DNA of 64,000 nucleotides from an uncultured Chitinophaga sp. (GTDB taxonomy: Bacteria; Bacteroidota; Bacteroidia; Chitinophagales; LD1): contig CAYREY010000003.1 in NCBI GenBank assembly GCA_964423405.1, positions 81,326 to 145,325 of the forward strand. The letters run 5' to 3'. Shown here piece after piece: positions 28,478-36,960 of this stretch. Every line of letters starts with the position of its first letter. Positions within the stretch are counted from its first letter, which is position 1. Position numbers and translations under genes: made by a program. The notes under the pieces were generated by a model. That model had not been told where the DNA came from, searched no databases, and saw nothing but the letters and a program-made list of their open reading frames with translations.

Positions 28478-29956
28478 ATGAAAAACATTACACGCAGTGC
28501 AGTTTTTTTACTAAGCATGCTGTTATTACAACACTCTTTTGCAACCAACCAGTTGGTAAAGCAAAAAAACATAAGCGCAACCAATATTGACATGCGCTCA
28601 TCGGGAGTAGTGGTGTTAGATAGTATAGTATTAAATGCCCCCGAAAATGGCCGGGTAGTAGTAAGGCTGGATGGCTATTGCGTATCCGATTCAGGTGATA
28701 GGATAGTATTGGCTGCCAGTAACGAACCGCGCTGGTTTGCCAACGATGGTAACGTAGCCGTAAATGCACCACACACCAACTTTAAACGGAGGGCCTTTTC
28801 GCACACACGCGTGTACGATGTAACAGCCGGCCTGGATACCTTTTACGCCGTTGGCCAGAATTATGTAGATGAAGATGGAAGTGGTATTGCATCGGTATAT
28901 GCACACCTTACGTTAGAATATTTTCCCGCCAGTGGCGATGCCATGGTAATAAGTGCAGATATGGCATTAGGGGGCGATGTAAGAAGTGCTCAAAAAGTGA
29001 TAGCTAAAATATACGACCCGGCCGAGCCTGCAGGTAAAGTATTTGTACATGCCGATGGCTGCGTCAACTCATCGCCCGGCGATAGAATTATGCTATCCGT
29101 AGCCAATATTCCATCGTGGCTGGTAGGCGATGGCAGTGTGGCCTTAATGGCACTTAACGCCAATCAAACACAGTCTCCCTATAGCCACTCACGCGTATAT
29201 ACCCAAAATACTACAGCCGACACATTTTACACCACCGTACGCAACGTAGTAAACACCAGTGGCAGCGGGGTGGCTACTGTGTACGGTAACCTGAGCGCCA
29301 CATTCTATCCATCGTCGGGCCAGTCATTTATACAGGTAAAAGAGATAGAAGAAGACGATTTGAATGCCCGTGGCGCACCAGTTGCATTCGACTCTATTAC
29401 TATTACCACTACTACGCCCGGCTATGCACTGGCACAACTTGATGGCTATTGTACTTCATCGGTAGGCGATGAAATGTTGTTTGCAGTAAACAATGTACCG
29501 GCATGGGGGCCTAATGAAGACCACATTACTGTTTCTGCTGCTTACACTAACAACAACTTCAGTACGTTGGCACATTCCCGCTTGTTCTACATTCCAGCCG
29601 GCACGCATACATACTACAGCGTAGTGCAAAATTTTAGCTCATCGGCAGGTAACGGATTGGTAGATATTATGGCCAACTTTACAGTTAAATTCTATCCTGA
29701 TGAAAGCGTAGGTATTGCCGAAACATCCGGCAACATAGTTGCAGTATACCCTAATCCGGTAAGCGGCATACTAACCATTGCCTTGCCCAACAACAACAGC
29801 AGGCAAACAGTTACTATAACCGACCTCTCGGGCCGCATAGTACAAAACATGGAAACAACTAACCAGCAACTGCTACAGGTAGATATGAGCTACCTGCCTG
29901 CCGGCGTTTACATTGTAAAAGGTAACGGTTTTGTAAAAAAAGTAATCAAACAATAA
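28478..29956 (+). CDS. T9SS type A cargo with three tandem ~125-aa repeats of an unrecognised domain
   Basis: The C-terminus VAVYPNPVSGILTIALP...ITDLSGRIV...LPAGVYIVKGNGFVKKVIKQ is a type A (Por_Secre_tail) CTD. Three repeats share DG.C.SS.GD.I.L...N.P.W...SH(S/T)R(V/L)(Y/F)...(T/Y)(F/Y)Y..V.N....G.G...(V/I)..(H/N)(L/F)...(Y/F)(F/Y)P. The signal peptide is MKNITRSAVFLLSMLLLQHSFA. Confidence 0.88.
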   Translation: MKNITRSAVFLLSMLLLQHSFATNQLVKQKNISATNIDMRSSGVVVLDSIVLNAPENGRVVVRLDGYCVSDSGDRIVLAASNEPRWFANDGNVAVNAPHTNFKRRAFSHTRVYDVTAGLDTFYAVGQNYVDEDGSGIASVYAHLTLEYFPASGDAMVISADMALGGDVRSAQKVIAKIYDPAEPAGKVFVHADGCVNSSPGDRIMLSVANIPSWLVGDGSVALMALNANQTQSPYSHSRVYTQNTTADTFYTTVRNVVNTSGSGVATVYGNLSATFYPSSGQSFIQVKEIEEDDLNARGAPVAFDSITITTTTPGYALAQLDGYCTSSVGDEMLFAVNNVPAWGPNEDHITVSAAYTNNNFSTLAHSRLFYIPAGTHTYYSVVQNFSSSAGNGLVDIMANFTVKFYPDESVGIAETSGNIVAVYPNPVSGILTIALPNNNSRQTVTITDLSGRIVQNMETTNQQLLQVDMSYLPAGVYIVKGNGFVKKVIKQ

Positions 29957-29967
29957 CAGGCACAAAC

Positions 29968-30001
29968 AAAAGCCGGCAACTGTAGTACAGTTGCCGGCTT
30001 T
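29968..30001. terminator. Bidirectional terminator between convergent genes
   Basis: AAAGCCGGCAACTG-tagta-CAGTTGCCGGCTTT is a perfect 14-15-bp stem. Confidence 0.85.
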
Positions 30002-30020
30002 CTGTTTATACAAGTGTAGT

Positions 30021-31082
30021 TTAATTAAGCAGGTTACGCAGTTTAGCTTCGTCCATCACAGTAATCTTTCCCTCGGCAATTTCAATCAGCTTTTCATGTT
30101 TAAAATCGCTTAGTGTACGTATCAGGCTTTCGGTTGCCGTACCTACTACCTGCGCCAGGTCTTCGCGTGGTATCTCCAGCTTTGGTTTATCGCCCGGCGT
30201 TTTTTTGTACTTATCGTTAACATGCAGCAATGCATTGGCCACCCGTTTGCGCAGCGAGTTATAAGCCAGGTTCAGCAACGCTTCCTCACGCTCTACCAGG
30301 TTATGCGATAGCAGTTTGATAAAACTTTGTGTTACCTGCGCATCGGTATTCAGCAGCGCATAAAAATCTGCCTTGGGTATCAGCATCACTTCGCTGTCTT
30401 CCATCGCCTCGGCATTATCGGTGTACGATGTCTCTTCCAGCAACGTGTTGTACCCCATAAAGTCGCCCTCTTTGTATATGGCGGTAATCAACTCCTTGCC
30501 ATCCTCGTTCATTCTGAACGATTTTATTTTACCCTTTACTATAAAAAACAAATGCTGGGGGCGCTGGTCGCGCACATATATCATTTGCTTTTTCTTAAAG
30601 GTCTGCACCTCGCGGTCATCGCTGGTAAGTTGTACTTTGCTGTTAGCACTGGCGTTATTCAAAAAGTCGTTTACGCCTTCCGTGTTGTTGGCATACTCCG
30701 TACGCAGTAGCTGTGTTTTCTTCAACCGGGTAGCTATGGCATTCAACAGTTCAATATCATCAAATGGTTTGGCAATAAAATCATCAGCCCCCATCTCCAT
30801 ACCTTTGCGCATATCCAGCCGGTCGGCCTTTGCTGTAAGAAAAATAAACGGTATGGTAGATGTTTTAGGGTTCTTACTAAGCATGTGCAACACGCCAAAA
30901 CCATCCAGTTCGGGCATCATTATATCGCACACAATCAGGTCGGGCGCTTCTTTGTTCACCATCTCTACACCTTTCTTTCCGTTGGGCGCCGATATAACTT
31001 CATAGCCTGCCAGCTCCAATATCTCCTCAATATTTTCGCGTACGGCTTTGTTATCTTCTATTACCAGTATTTTCTTGCTCAT
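30021..31082 (-). CDS. Hybrid regulator: response-regulator receiver + cyclic-nucleotide-binding domain + Crp/Fnr-type HTH
   Basis: The receiver is KILVIEDN...DLIVCDIMMPELDG...FLTAK...ADDFIAKPF. A cNMP-binding-like beta-roll follows (FFIVKGKIKSFRMNEDGKELITAIYKEGDFMG), then a C-terminal HTH (REDLAQVVGTATESLIRTLSDFK). Confidence 0.85.
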   Translation of the reverse strand: MSKKILVIEDNKAVRENIEEILELAGYEVISAPNGKKGVEMVNKEAPDLIVCDIMMPELDGFGVLHMLSKNPKTSTIPFIFLTAKADRLDMRKGMEMGADDFIAKPFDDIELLNAIATRLKKTQLLRTEYANNTEGVNDFLNNASANSKVQLTSDDREVQTFKKKQMIYVRDQRPQHLFFIVKGKIKSFRMNEDGKELITAIYKEGDFMGYNTLLEETSYTDNAEAMEDSEVMLIPKADFYALLNTDAQVTQSFIKLLSHNLVEREEALLNLAYNSLRKRVANALLHVNDKYKKTPGDKPKLEIPREDLAQVVGTATESLIRTLSDFKHEKLIEIAEGKITVMDEAKLRNLLN

Positions 31083-31116
31083 AGCATGGGTGTTTATATA
31101 TATTATTTAAACCTAT

Positions 31117-32391
31117 TTACCAGCATTTACCATATAGCTCATAACCTTCCCGTTCCAGTTGTTCGCGGTGGTTAGGGTGGGCTATTGCTACCAGCGCTTT
31201 TACCCGCTGCGAAATATTTTTACCATATAAATCAGCAGCGCCATATTCAGTAACTACATACTGTACATGTGCGCGCGTGGTTACCACACCGGCCCCTTGT
31301 TTAAGTACAGGTACTATTTTCGATATGCCTTTACCGGTTACCGATGTAATGGCAATGATGGGCTTACCGTTTTCACTCAACGCTGCACCACGCATAAAAT
31401 CCATCTGCCCTCCTACCCCACTGTACATCCGGCTGCCTATCGAGTCGGCACACACCTGGCCGGTAAGGTCTATTTCTATAGCGCTGTTTATGGCAGTTAC
31501 GCGCGGGTTGCGCCGTATTACGGTAGTATCGTTTACATAGCCTACATCCAGCATCACTACCTCGGGGTTATCGTGTATAAAATCGTAAAGCCTGCGCGTG
31601 CCCATGGCAAACGCCGATACTATTTTTCCCGGGTATTTGGTTTTATACTTACCTGTAATTACACCGGCTTCTACCAAAGGCAGTATCCCATCCGAAAACA
31701 TTTCGGTATGTACCCCCAGGTCTTTATGGCTGCCCAGATACGAAAGCACCGCATTGGGTATAGCACCTATACCCATTTGCAGGGTGGCGCCATCATCTAC
31801 CAGCGTAGCAATATGTTTGCCTATAGCGGCCTCGGTGGCTGCAACAGGCGCAGCGGCTGTTTCAAAAATGGCATCTTCGGCATATACCGCAGTGGTAATT
31901 TTACTGTGGTGTATAAAGCTATCGCCCAGCGTGCGCGGCATATTGGAGTTAACCAATGCTATTACCGCACCGGCTGTTTCGCAGGCAGCCTTTGCTATAT
32001 CTACCGATATACCCAGCGAACAATAGCCATGAGCATCGGGCGGGCTTACCTGTACCAAAGCCACATCTATGGGGTATGCGCCGCTGCGTATAAAGGCCGG
32101 TATCTCGCTCAAAAACATGGGCACGTACTGTACGTTTATCTCGTTTACGTACGGGCGTATATTGGCACCTACAAAAAATGCATTTATCCTGAACGCACCG
32201 GCATACTCCGGACGGGCATACCTTGCTTCGCCCTCGGTATGCAGGTGTGTCAGCTCTACATCTTTCAACTCAGCATGCCGGTCTGCCAGTGCATTTACCA
32301 GGCGCTCCGGCGTGGCAGCACCACCATGTATAAATACACGGTGGCCACTCTTTACTATGTTCAATGCCTCGGCGGCTGTTACAAAATTCAT
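31117..32391 (-). CDS. Acetyl-CoA hydrolase/transferase family protein (4-hydroxybutyrate/succinyl-CoA:acetate CoA-transferase-like)
   Basis: The 424-aa protein carries family landmarks: GATLQMGIGAIPNAV, EMFSDG, INSAIEIDLTGQVCADSIG and YSGVGGQMDF. Confidence 0.85.
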   Translation of the reverse strand: MNFVTAAEALNIVKSGHRVFIHGGAATPERLVNALADRHAELKDVELTHLHTEGEARYARPEYAGAFRINAFFVGANIRPYVNEINVQYVPMFLSEIPAFIRSGAYPIDVALVQVSPPDAHGYCSLGISVDIAKAACETAGAVIALVNSNMPRTLGDSFIHHSKITTAVYAEDAIFETAAAPVAATEAAIGKHIATLVDDGATLQMGIGAIPNAVLSYLGSHKDLGVHTEMFSDGILPLVEAGVITGKYKTKYPGKIVSAFAMGTRRLYDFIHDNPEVVMLDVGYVNDTTVIRRNPRVTAINSAIEIDLTGQVCADSIGSRMYSGVGGQMDFMRGAALSENGKPIIAITSVTGKGISKIVPVLKQGAGVVTTRAHVQYVVTEYGAADLYGKNISQRVKALVAIAHPNHREQLEREGYELYGKCW

Positions 32392-32394
32392 GGC

Positions 32395-33228
32395 TTACTG
32401 GTGGGTGATAAATACGGGCAGGTTCAAATCTTTAATAATACGGGTGCTCATACTCTGCTGAAAAATACGCGCCAGTGCACTGCGCCCATAGGCTCCCATC
32501 AGCACTATCGAGTTAGCACCATTCTCTTTCAAATAGCTATATAGCTTCTCTTCCGGTGTACCATTCAACACTTCATACGTTATACCCGGGTAGTGCTGGC
32601 TCATCAACTCTTTTAAACTGCTACCGCCTTCTACATGGTGGGTACTGGTAGTATTTACACTTACCAAGGTAACCGGTAGTTTAGCCAGTTCGGGCAACAG
32701 GTACGAAAACTGTTTGGCCGCATAGGCGCTGGAGGGCGAACCATCGTAACAAAGTATTACCTTATCATAAACACTATAATCCTGCGGCACTACCAGCACC
32801 GGGCAATAGGCATCGGCCAGTATATCTTTCAAAAAAGTACCGGGCATGCTTTCGGCCAGCGAAAAAAAACTGGTTTGCGTATCTATTATCAGCATATCGG
32901 CAAATACACTTTCGCGTATTACTTCCTGCACCGGCACACCTTTATCCAGGTGTACTTTATGGTGTACCCCTTTTTCATCGCAGGCGCGGTTAAACAGGCT
33001 GATGTTTAGTTTAATCTTCTCCATATCGGCCTGCTGCGAGGTTTCTACAGCTGCAAAATCTACAAAGGGTTGGTCCCAGGCATAGCTATAGGTAAAATTA
33101 CCAAAGCGCATATCGCTTATAAATACACCCACCAGCATGGCTTGCTGGTTACTTGCCATCTCTATTGCATAGTGCGTAGTAGAAGGCGAATATTTGGTTC
33201 CGTCAAAAATTGCCAGAATCTTTTTCAT
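32395..33228 (-). CDS. Universal stress protein (tandem Usp domains)
   Basis: There are two Usp-like halves. The first begins MKKILAIFDGT and the second DKVILCYDGSP. The C-terminal G-rich ATP-loop-like segment is VLMGAYGRSALARIF. The stop lies 3 nt before the CoA-transferase start. Confidence 0.8.
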   Translation of the reverse strand: MKKILAIFDGTKYSPSTTHYAIEMASNQQAMLVGVFISDMRFGNFTYSYAWDQPFVDFAAVETSQQADMEKIKLNISLFNRACDEKGVHHKVHLDKGVPVQEVIRESVFADMLIIDTQTSFFSLAESMPGTFLKDILADAYCPVLVVPQDYSVYDKVILCYDGSPSSAYAAKQFSYLLPELAKLPVTLVSVNTTSTHHVEGGSSLKELMSQHYPGITYEVLNGTPEEKLYSYLKENGANSIVLMGAYGRSALARIFQQSMSTRIIKDLNLPVFITHQ

Positions 33229-33323
33229 AGATGGCTTTTGAGCAAATGTATGTTGGCTTATACAGCAAAATTCTGACACCCCTCAAATTGTATGCTGATA
33301 AAAATCATGTACATAGCAGGCAG

Positions 33324-35045
33324 TTAATTATGCGATGTAAAACGCACGGTAAATACCGTACCCTGTTCTGCCTTGCTTATAAAACTTATGGTGCCGTCAA
33401 GTAAATCTACATAGCGCCTTACTATACTTAACCCTAAACCGGTGCCCTGTATCTCACCGGCATTACGCGCCCTGAAAAATTTTTCAAACAAATGTTTCTG
33501 TTCATCGGCCGGTATTCCTATACCCTCATCTTTCACACGTATGGTTACTTCGCCGTTTTTCTGTTCGCTTTCCAGCCAAATACTCTTACCCTCCGGCGAG
33601 TACTTAATGGCATTCGAAAGCAGGTTCATCAGTATGTTACGCAATACTTTACGGTCGCATTGCACGGTATCTTCGCCAGTGTGTGTGTAGTATATATTCT
33701 GCCCCTCTTTCAACAACTCGCGTAGGTCTTCTGTAACCGCATGGCAGGCTTCGGGTAGCAAAAAGGTAACGTTCTCCATTTCCATCTTACCTTGCTCCAG
33801 CTTATCAAGCGATAAAAAGTCGTTCAGTATATCTGTAAGGTTGCGGATAGATGATTTAACCCGCTCAATATGTCGTATACGCTTATCGGCATGCTCCGGG
33901 TCCAGGTAGCGCTCTATCAGCGATACGCTGGAAAGGATAGTGCTAAGCGGCGTACGGAACTCATGCGCTGCTGTAGTTACAAACCGCGATTTTAGTTCAC
34001 TCAAATCTTTTTCGCGCTCCAGCGCCTGCGCCAGCTCCAGGGTACGTTCTTTTACCTTTACCTCCAGTTCTTCATTCAGCTTTCGTATCTCCTCTTCTGC
34101 CTGTTTACGTTGTGTTATATTAAACCGTATAGCTACATACTGGTACGGCTTTCCGCTATCATTCAAAAAGGGAACAATGGTAGTATCTACCCAGTAGTTG
34201 GTACCGTCTTTAGCCCGGTTACGCAACTCCCCTTTCCATACTTTGCCGGCGGCTATTGTTTGCCATAGCTTACGCATAAAATCCTTACTATGGTAACCCG
34301 AGTTAACAATGCGGTGATCTGCCCCTACCAGCTCTTCCCTGCTGTATTTAGATATATTACAAAAATTATCATTTACTGCTTTTATTACTCCTTTCGCATC
34401 GGTAATAGCTACAATACTTGATGCATCGAGTGCTATCTTGTAATCAGATATGATACGGGTTACTTCATTTAGCTCAGCAGTGCGGACTACTACCTTTTCT
34501 TCCAGTTCCTTGTTCAGGTTTTGTATCTCTATCGATCGCTTCATCACCTCGGCTTCCAGCTCAAAGGTGCGGGTGCGCAGGTCGTCTGTTATCTTATCCC
34601 TTGCTTCCTGTTCGTGTTCGCGCTTCACCAGTTCAGTTACATCCTCTACCCGGTGTATAATATATAGCACCTCACCATCAGGATTCAACACCGGCTTATT
34701 AATAGGGCTCCAGTAGCGCTCTTCAAAAGTACCATCGGCGCGCCGTATATCATACTTCTGCACAGCCATAGTATGTGCCGTTTTCTTCTCCAGCACATAA
34801 TCAAGCGAGCTTTTAAGGTTAGCAACACCATCTGCGCCTTCATCATCGGGGTTGCCGGGGAACGCATCAAATAGTTTCTGGCCGGTAATTGCATCGCGCT
34901 GGGTCATGGTGGCAGCTACATAGGCATCGCTGGCAGCTACAATGGTAAGGTCGGGTAACAATATAAGGTACAGACCCGGTACCGATTCAAACAATGACCG
35001 GTAATCTACTGTTATTGCACTAAGGGGGGTATCAACAGGCAGCAT
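33324..35045 (-). CDS. PAS-domain sensor histidine kinase (cytoplasmic, two PAS domains)
   Basis: It has two PAS-like regions and a coiled coil. The HisKA H-box is AAHEFRTPLSTI. The HATPase_c N, G1 and G2 boxes are NLLSNAIKYSP, VKDEGIGIP and GTGLGLSIV. No TM segment is present. The track start is a TTG at 35069 and the first ATG is at 35045. Confidence 0.9.
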   Translation of the reverse strand: MLPVDTPLSAITVDYRSLFESVPGLYLILLPDLTIVAASDAYVAATMTQRDAITGQKLFDAFPGNPDDEGADGVANLKSSLDYVLEKKTAHTMAVQKYDIRRADGTFEERYWSPINKPVLNPDGEVLYIIHRVEDVTELVKREHEQEARDKITDDLRTRTFELEAEVMKRSIEIQNLNKELEEKVVVRTAELNEVTRIISDYKIALDASSIVAITDAKGVIKAVNDNFCNISKYSREELVGADHRIVNSGYHSKDFMRKLWQTIAAGKVWKGELRNRAKDGTNYWVDTTIVPFLNDSGKPYQYVAIRFNITQRKQAEEEIRKLNEELEVKVKERTLELAQALEREKDLSELKSRFVTTAAHEFRTPLSTILSSVSLIERYLDPEHADKRIRHIERVKSSIRNLTDILNDFLSLDKLEQGKMEMENVTFLLPEACHAVTEDLRELLKEGQNIYYTHTGEDTVQCDRKVLRNILMNLLSNAIKYSPEGKSIWLESEQKNGEVTIRVKDEGIGIPADEQKHLFEKFFRARNAGEIQGTGLGLSIVRRYVDLLDGTISFISKAEQGTVFTVRFTSHN

Positions 35046-35204
35046 ATAGTATAAAATACTAACGTGCAAAAAACAGCTTTAGCCGTTAACAGGCACATGA
35101 TTTTTATCAGTTCATAAACGGCATTTATTTGTCTGATAAACCTCAACACACCCGCTAACAGGTATCATAGCTGTATAAGGCAACCAACATTACCTTTGTA
35201 TCGT

Positions 35205-35303
35205 AATTAAAATACAAGCCTTAAAACTTATTACCGGTGACTGAGCAATACTTAAGTCACCACACAGGAAACCCTGCTGAGGACCGGCAGGGTTCTTGTT
35301 TTT
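35205..35303 (+). ncRNA. Candidate ~100-nt small RNA or terminated leader (two hairpins, the second terminator-like)
   Basis: On the plus strand a -7-like box TACCTTTG lies at 35191..35198. Hairpin GGTGACT-n12-AGTCACC spans 35236..35261. Hairpin AACCCTGC-n9-GCAGGGTT spans 35270..35294 and is followed by CTTGTTTTT. No ORF lies upstream on this strand. Confidence 0.3.
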
Positions 35304-35377
35304 AACATAGTTAAGGTAACTGATAAGGCACACCCATGGTGGTGACCTGTATCATAGTACAGGCATATTATGCGCCT

Positions 35378-35385
35378 TAAATTTG
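35378..35385 (+). promoter_or_regulatory. Candidate -7 box immediately upstream of the CheY-like gene (near-leaderless mRNA)
   Basis: TAAATTTG matches TAnnTTTG and ends 8 nt before the ATG at 35394. Confidence 0.3.
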
Positions 35386-35393
35386 TAGTAGTA

Positions 35394-35768
35394 ATGAAAA
35401 GCATATTGATAATAGAAGACAATGCTGCCGTGCGCGAAAACACGGCAGAGCTGCTGCAACTGGCGGGCTACGATATAGCTACGGCAGTTAACGGCAGGCA
35501 CGGGTTTACAGTGGCCAAACACCACCCGCCCGACGCTATTATATGCGATATTATGATGCCTGAAACAGACGGGCTTATGTTTTTTAAACTCGTAAAATCC
35601 GACGATATATTATCGCACATCCCCATCATATTCTTCTCGGCCGGCTCGGCACCTATGCCAGTAAAAAGAAAACTGGAAGAAGGCGCAGATGTTTACCTTA
35701 GCAAACCATTTACCGAAGAAGAATTGATGAACGCGGTACAGTTCTGTTTAAATAAACAACGGGCCTGA
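35394..35768 (+). CDS. Single-domain response regulator (CheY-like receiver)
   Basis: The receiver motifs are MKSILIIEDNAAVREN...DAIICDIMMPETDG...FFSAG...GADVYLSKPF. The track ORF starts 24 nt upstream at 35370. Confidence 0.85.
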   Translation: MKSILIIEDNAAVRENTAELLQLAGYDIATAVNGRHGFTVAKHHPPDAIICDIMMPETDGLMFFKLVKSDDILSHIPIIFFSAGSAPMPVKRKLEEGADVYLSKPFTEEELMNAVQFCLNKQRA

Positions 35769-35790
35769 GCCATTACAAAAAATACACGCA

Positions 35791-36321
35791 TTGAGACAAC
35801 CCAACAACTGGTATGTAATAACCGGTGGGCCCGGCTCGGGCAAAACCACCACCGTAAATATACTCGAATCACTAGGCTATAGAACTACTATAGAAAAAGC
35901 CCGGCACTACATAGATACCAAACTAAAAGACGGTAAAACCATCGATGAAATTGAGAGGAACCAACGTGGATTTCAGCAGGCTGTAATTAAAATGCAACTG
36001 GAAACAGAAAGCAAAATAAGTCCCAACGAAATGGTGTTTATGGATCGTGCTATACCCGATGCCCTGGCATACTACCGCTTTCTTAACTTAAAAACCGACC
36101 AGCTGGTAGAAACCGCAGTAAAAGAGGCTTCGTATAAAAAAGTGTTTATACTCGATTGCCTGCCACTGGTAAACGATTATGCCCGCCGCGAAGATGAAAA
36201 AGCACAACGCCGGATACACGAACTTATAACAGAGGTGTACGAATCTCTGCCCTTTCCTATTGTGTATGTTCCGGTACTACCCGCACAGGAGCGGATAAAT
36301 GTAATATTGAAAAACCTGTAG
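35791..36321 (+). CDS. P-loop ATPase (AAA_28/NadR-kinase-like small ATPase)
   Basis: The Walker A is ITGGPGSGKTT near the N-terminus and the Walker B-like motif is KKVFILD. The protein is 176 aa and starts at a TTG. Confidence 0.65.
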   Translation: MRQPNNWYVITGGPGSGKTTTVNILESLGYRTTIEKARHYIDTKLKDGKTIDEIERNQRGFQQAVIKMQLETESKISPNEMVFMDRAIPDALAYYRFLNLKTDQLVETAVKEASYKKVFILDCLPLVNDYARREDEKAQRRIHELITEVYESLPFPIVYVPVLPAQERINVILKNL

Positions 36322-36327
36322 TTACGC

Positions 36328-36870
36328 TTACTTGCTTAAAGCAGCTTCAATGGCTTTAATAACTTCAGCATCATTAACCGAAGTTTTAGGGCTAACCGAA
36401 GTTATTACGTGGCCATCTTTACCCACCAGAAATTTTTGAAAATTCCAGGTAACAGCGGCGTCAGTAACACCATTTTCGCTTTTCTGGGTAAGGTAGCTGT
36501 ATAGCGGGGCTATATCTTTACCCTTTACCGATATTTTAGAAAACATAGGGAACGTAACTGCATACTCGCGGGTGCAAAAAGCCTTTATATCTTTATCGCT
36601 GCCCGGCTCCTGGCCCATAAAGTTATTGGCCGGAAAACCCAGCACTACCAGGCCTTTGCTGCTGTATTTGGTGTATAGGGCCTGTATATCCTTATACTGC
36701 GGTGTATTACCACACATACTGGCTACGTTTACTATCAGCAATACTTTGCCTTTGTATTTAGCTAACGATACCTGGTTACCATCAATATCCTTTACATTAA
36801 AATCGTAAACAGTTTTGCTGCTGTTAGCTGCAAATAAGGCCACCAGGGCTATGGTCAAAAAAGTTTTCAT
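36328..36870 (-). CDS. Glutathione peroxidase (Cys-type), with signal peptide
   Basis: GPx signatures are present: LIVNVASMCGNTPQY, LGFPANNFMGQEPG and WNFQKFLVGKDG. Confidence 0.9.
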   Translation of the reverse strand: MKTFLTIALVALFAANSSKTVYDFNVKDIDGNQVSLAKYKGKVLLIVNVASMCGNTPQYKDIQALYTKYSSKGLVVLGFPANNFMGQEPGSDKDIKAFCTREYAVTFPMFSKISVKGKDIAPLYSYLTQKSENGVTDAAVTWNFQKFLVGKDGHVITSVSPKTSVNDAEVIKAIEAALSK

Positions 36871-36925
36871 GTGCGTTGTTTTATGCTATTAACAAAGTAA
36901 ACCCTTAAAAGTTTTACCAGCAACA

Positions 36926-36952
36926 AAAAGGCCGGTATATAACCGGCCTTTT
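36926..36952 (-). terminator. Rho-independent terminator after the 1420-aa cargo gene
   Basis: AAAAGGCCGGT-atata-ACCGGCCTTTT is a perfect stem with an A-run and a T-run. It starts 9 nt after the stop at 36961. Confidence 0.85.
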
Positions 36953-36960
36953 AAACATTT

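Noticed and set aside
31267-32544. A 425-aa plus-strand ORF antisense to the CoA-transferase and Usp genes
   Set aside because: The translation is Tyr/Arg/Gly/Cys-rich nonsense with no motifs. It overlaps two strongly motif-supported minus-strand genes and is an antisense artefact of their codon bias.
35162-35357. Two copies of the 9-mer GTATCATAG (35162 and 35349) in the kinase/CheY intergenic region
   Set aside because: By a rough estimate, a repeated 9-mer in ~350 bp is expected by chance about one time in four. No dyad symmetry or further copies were seen.
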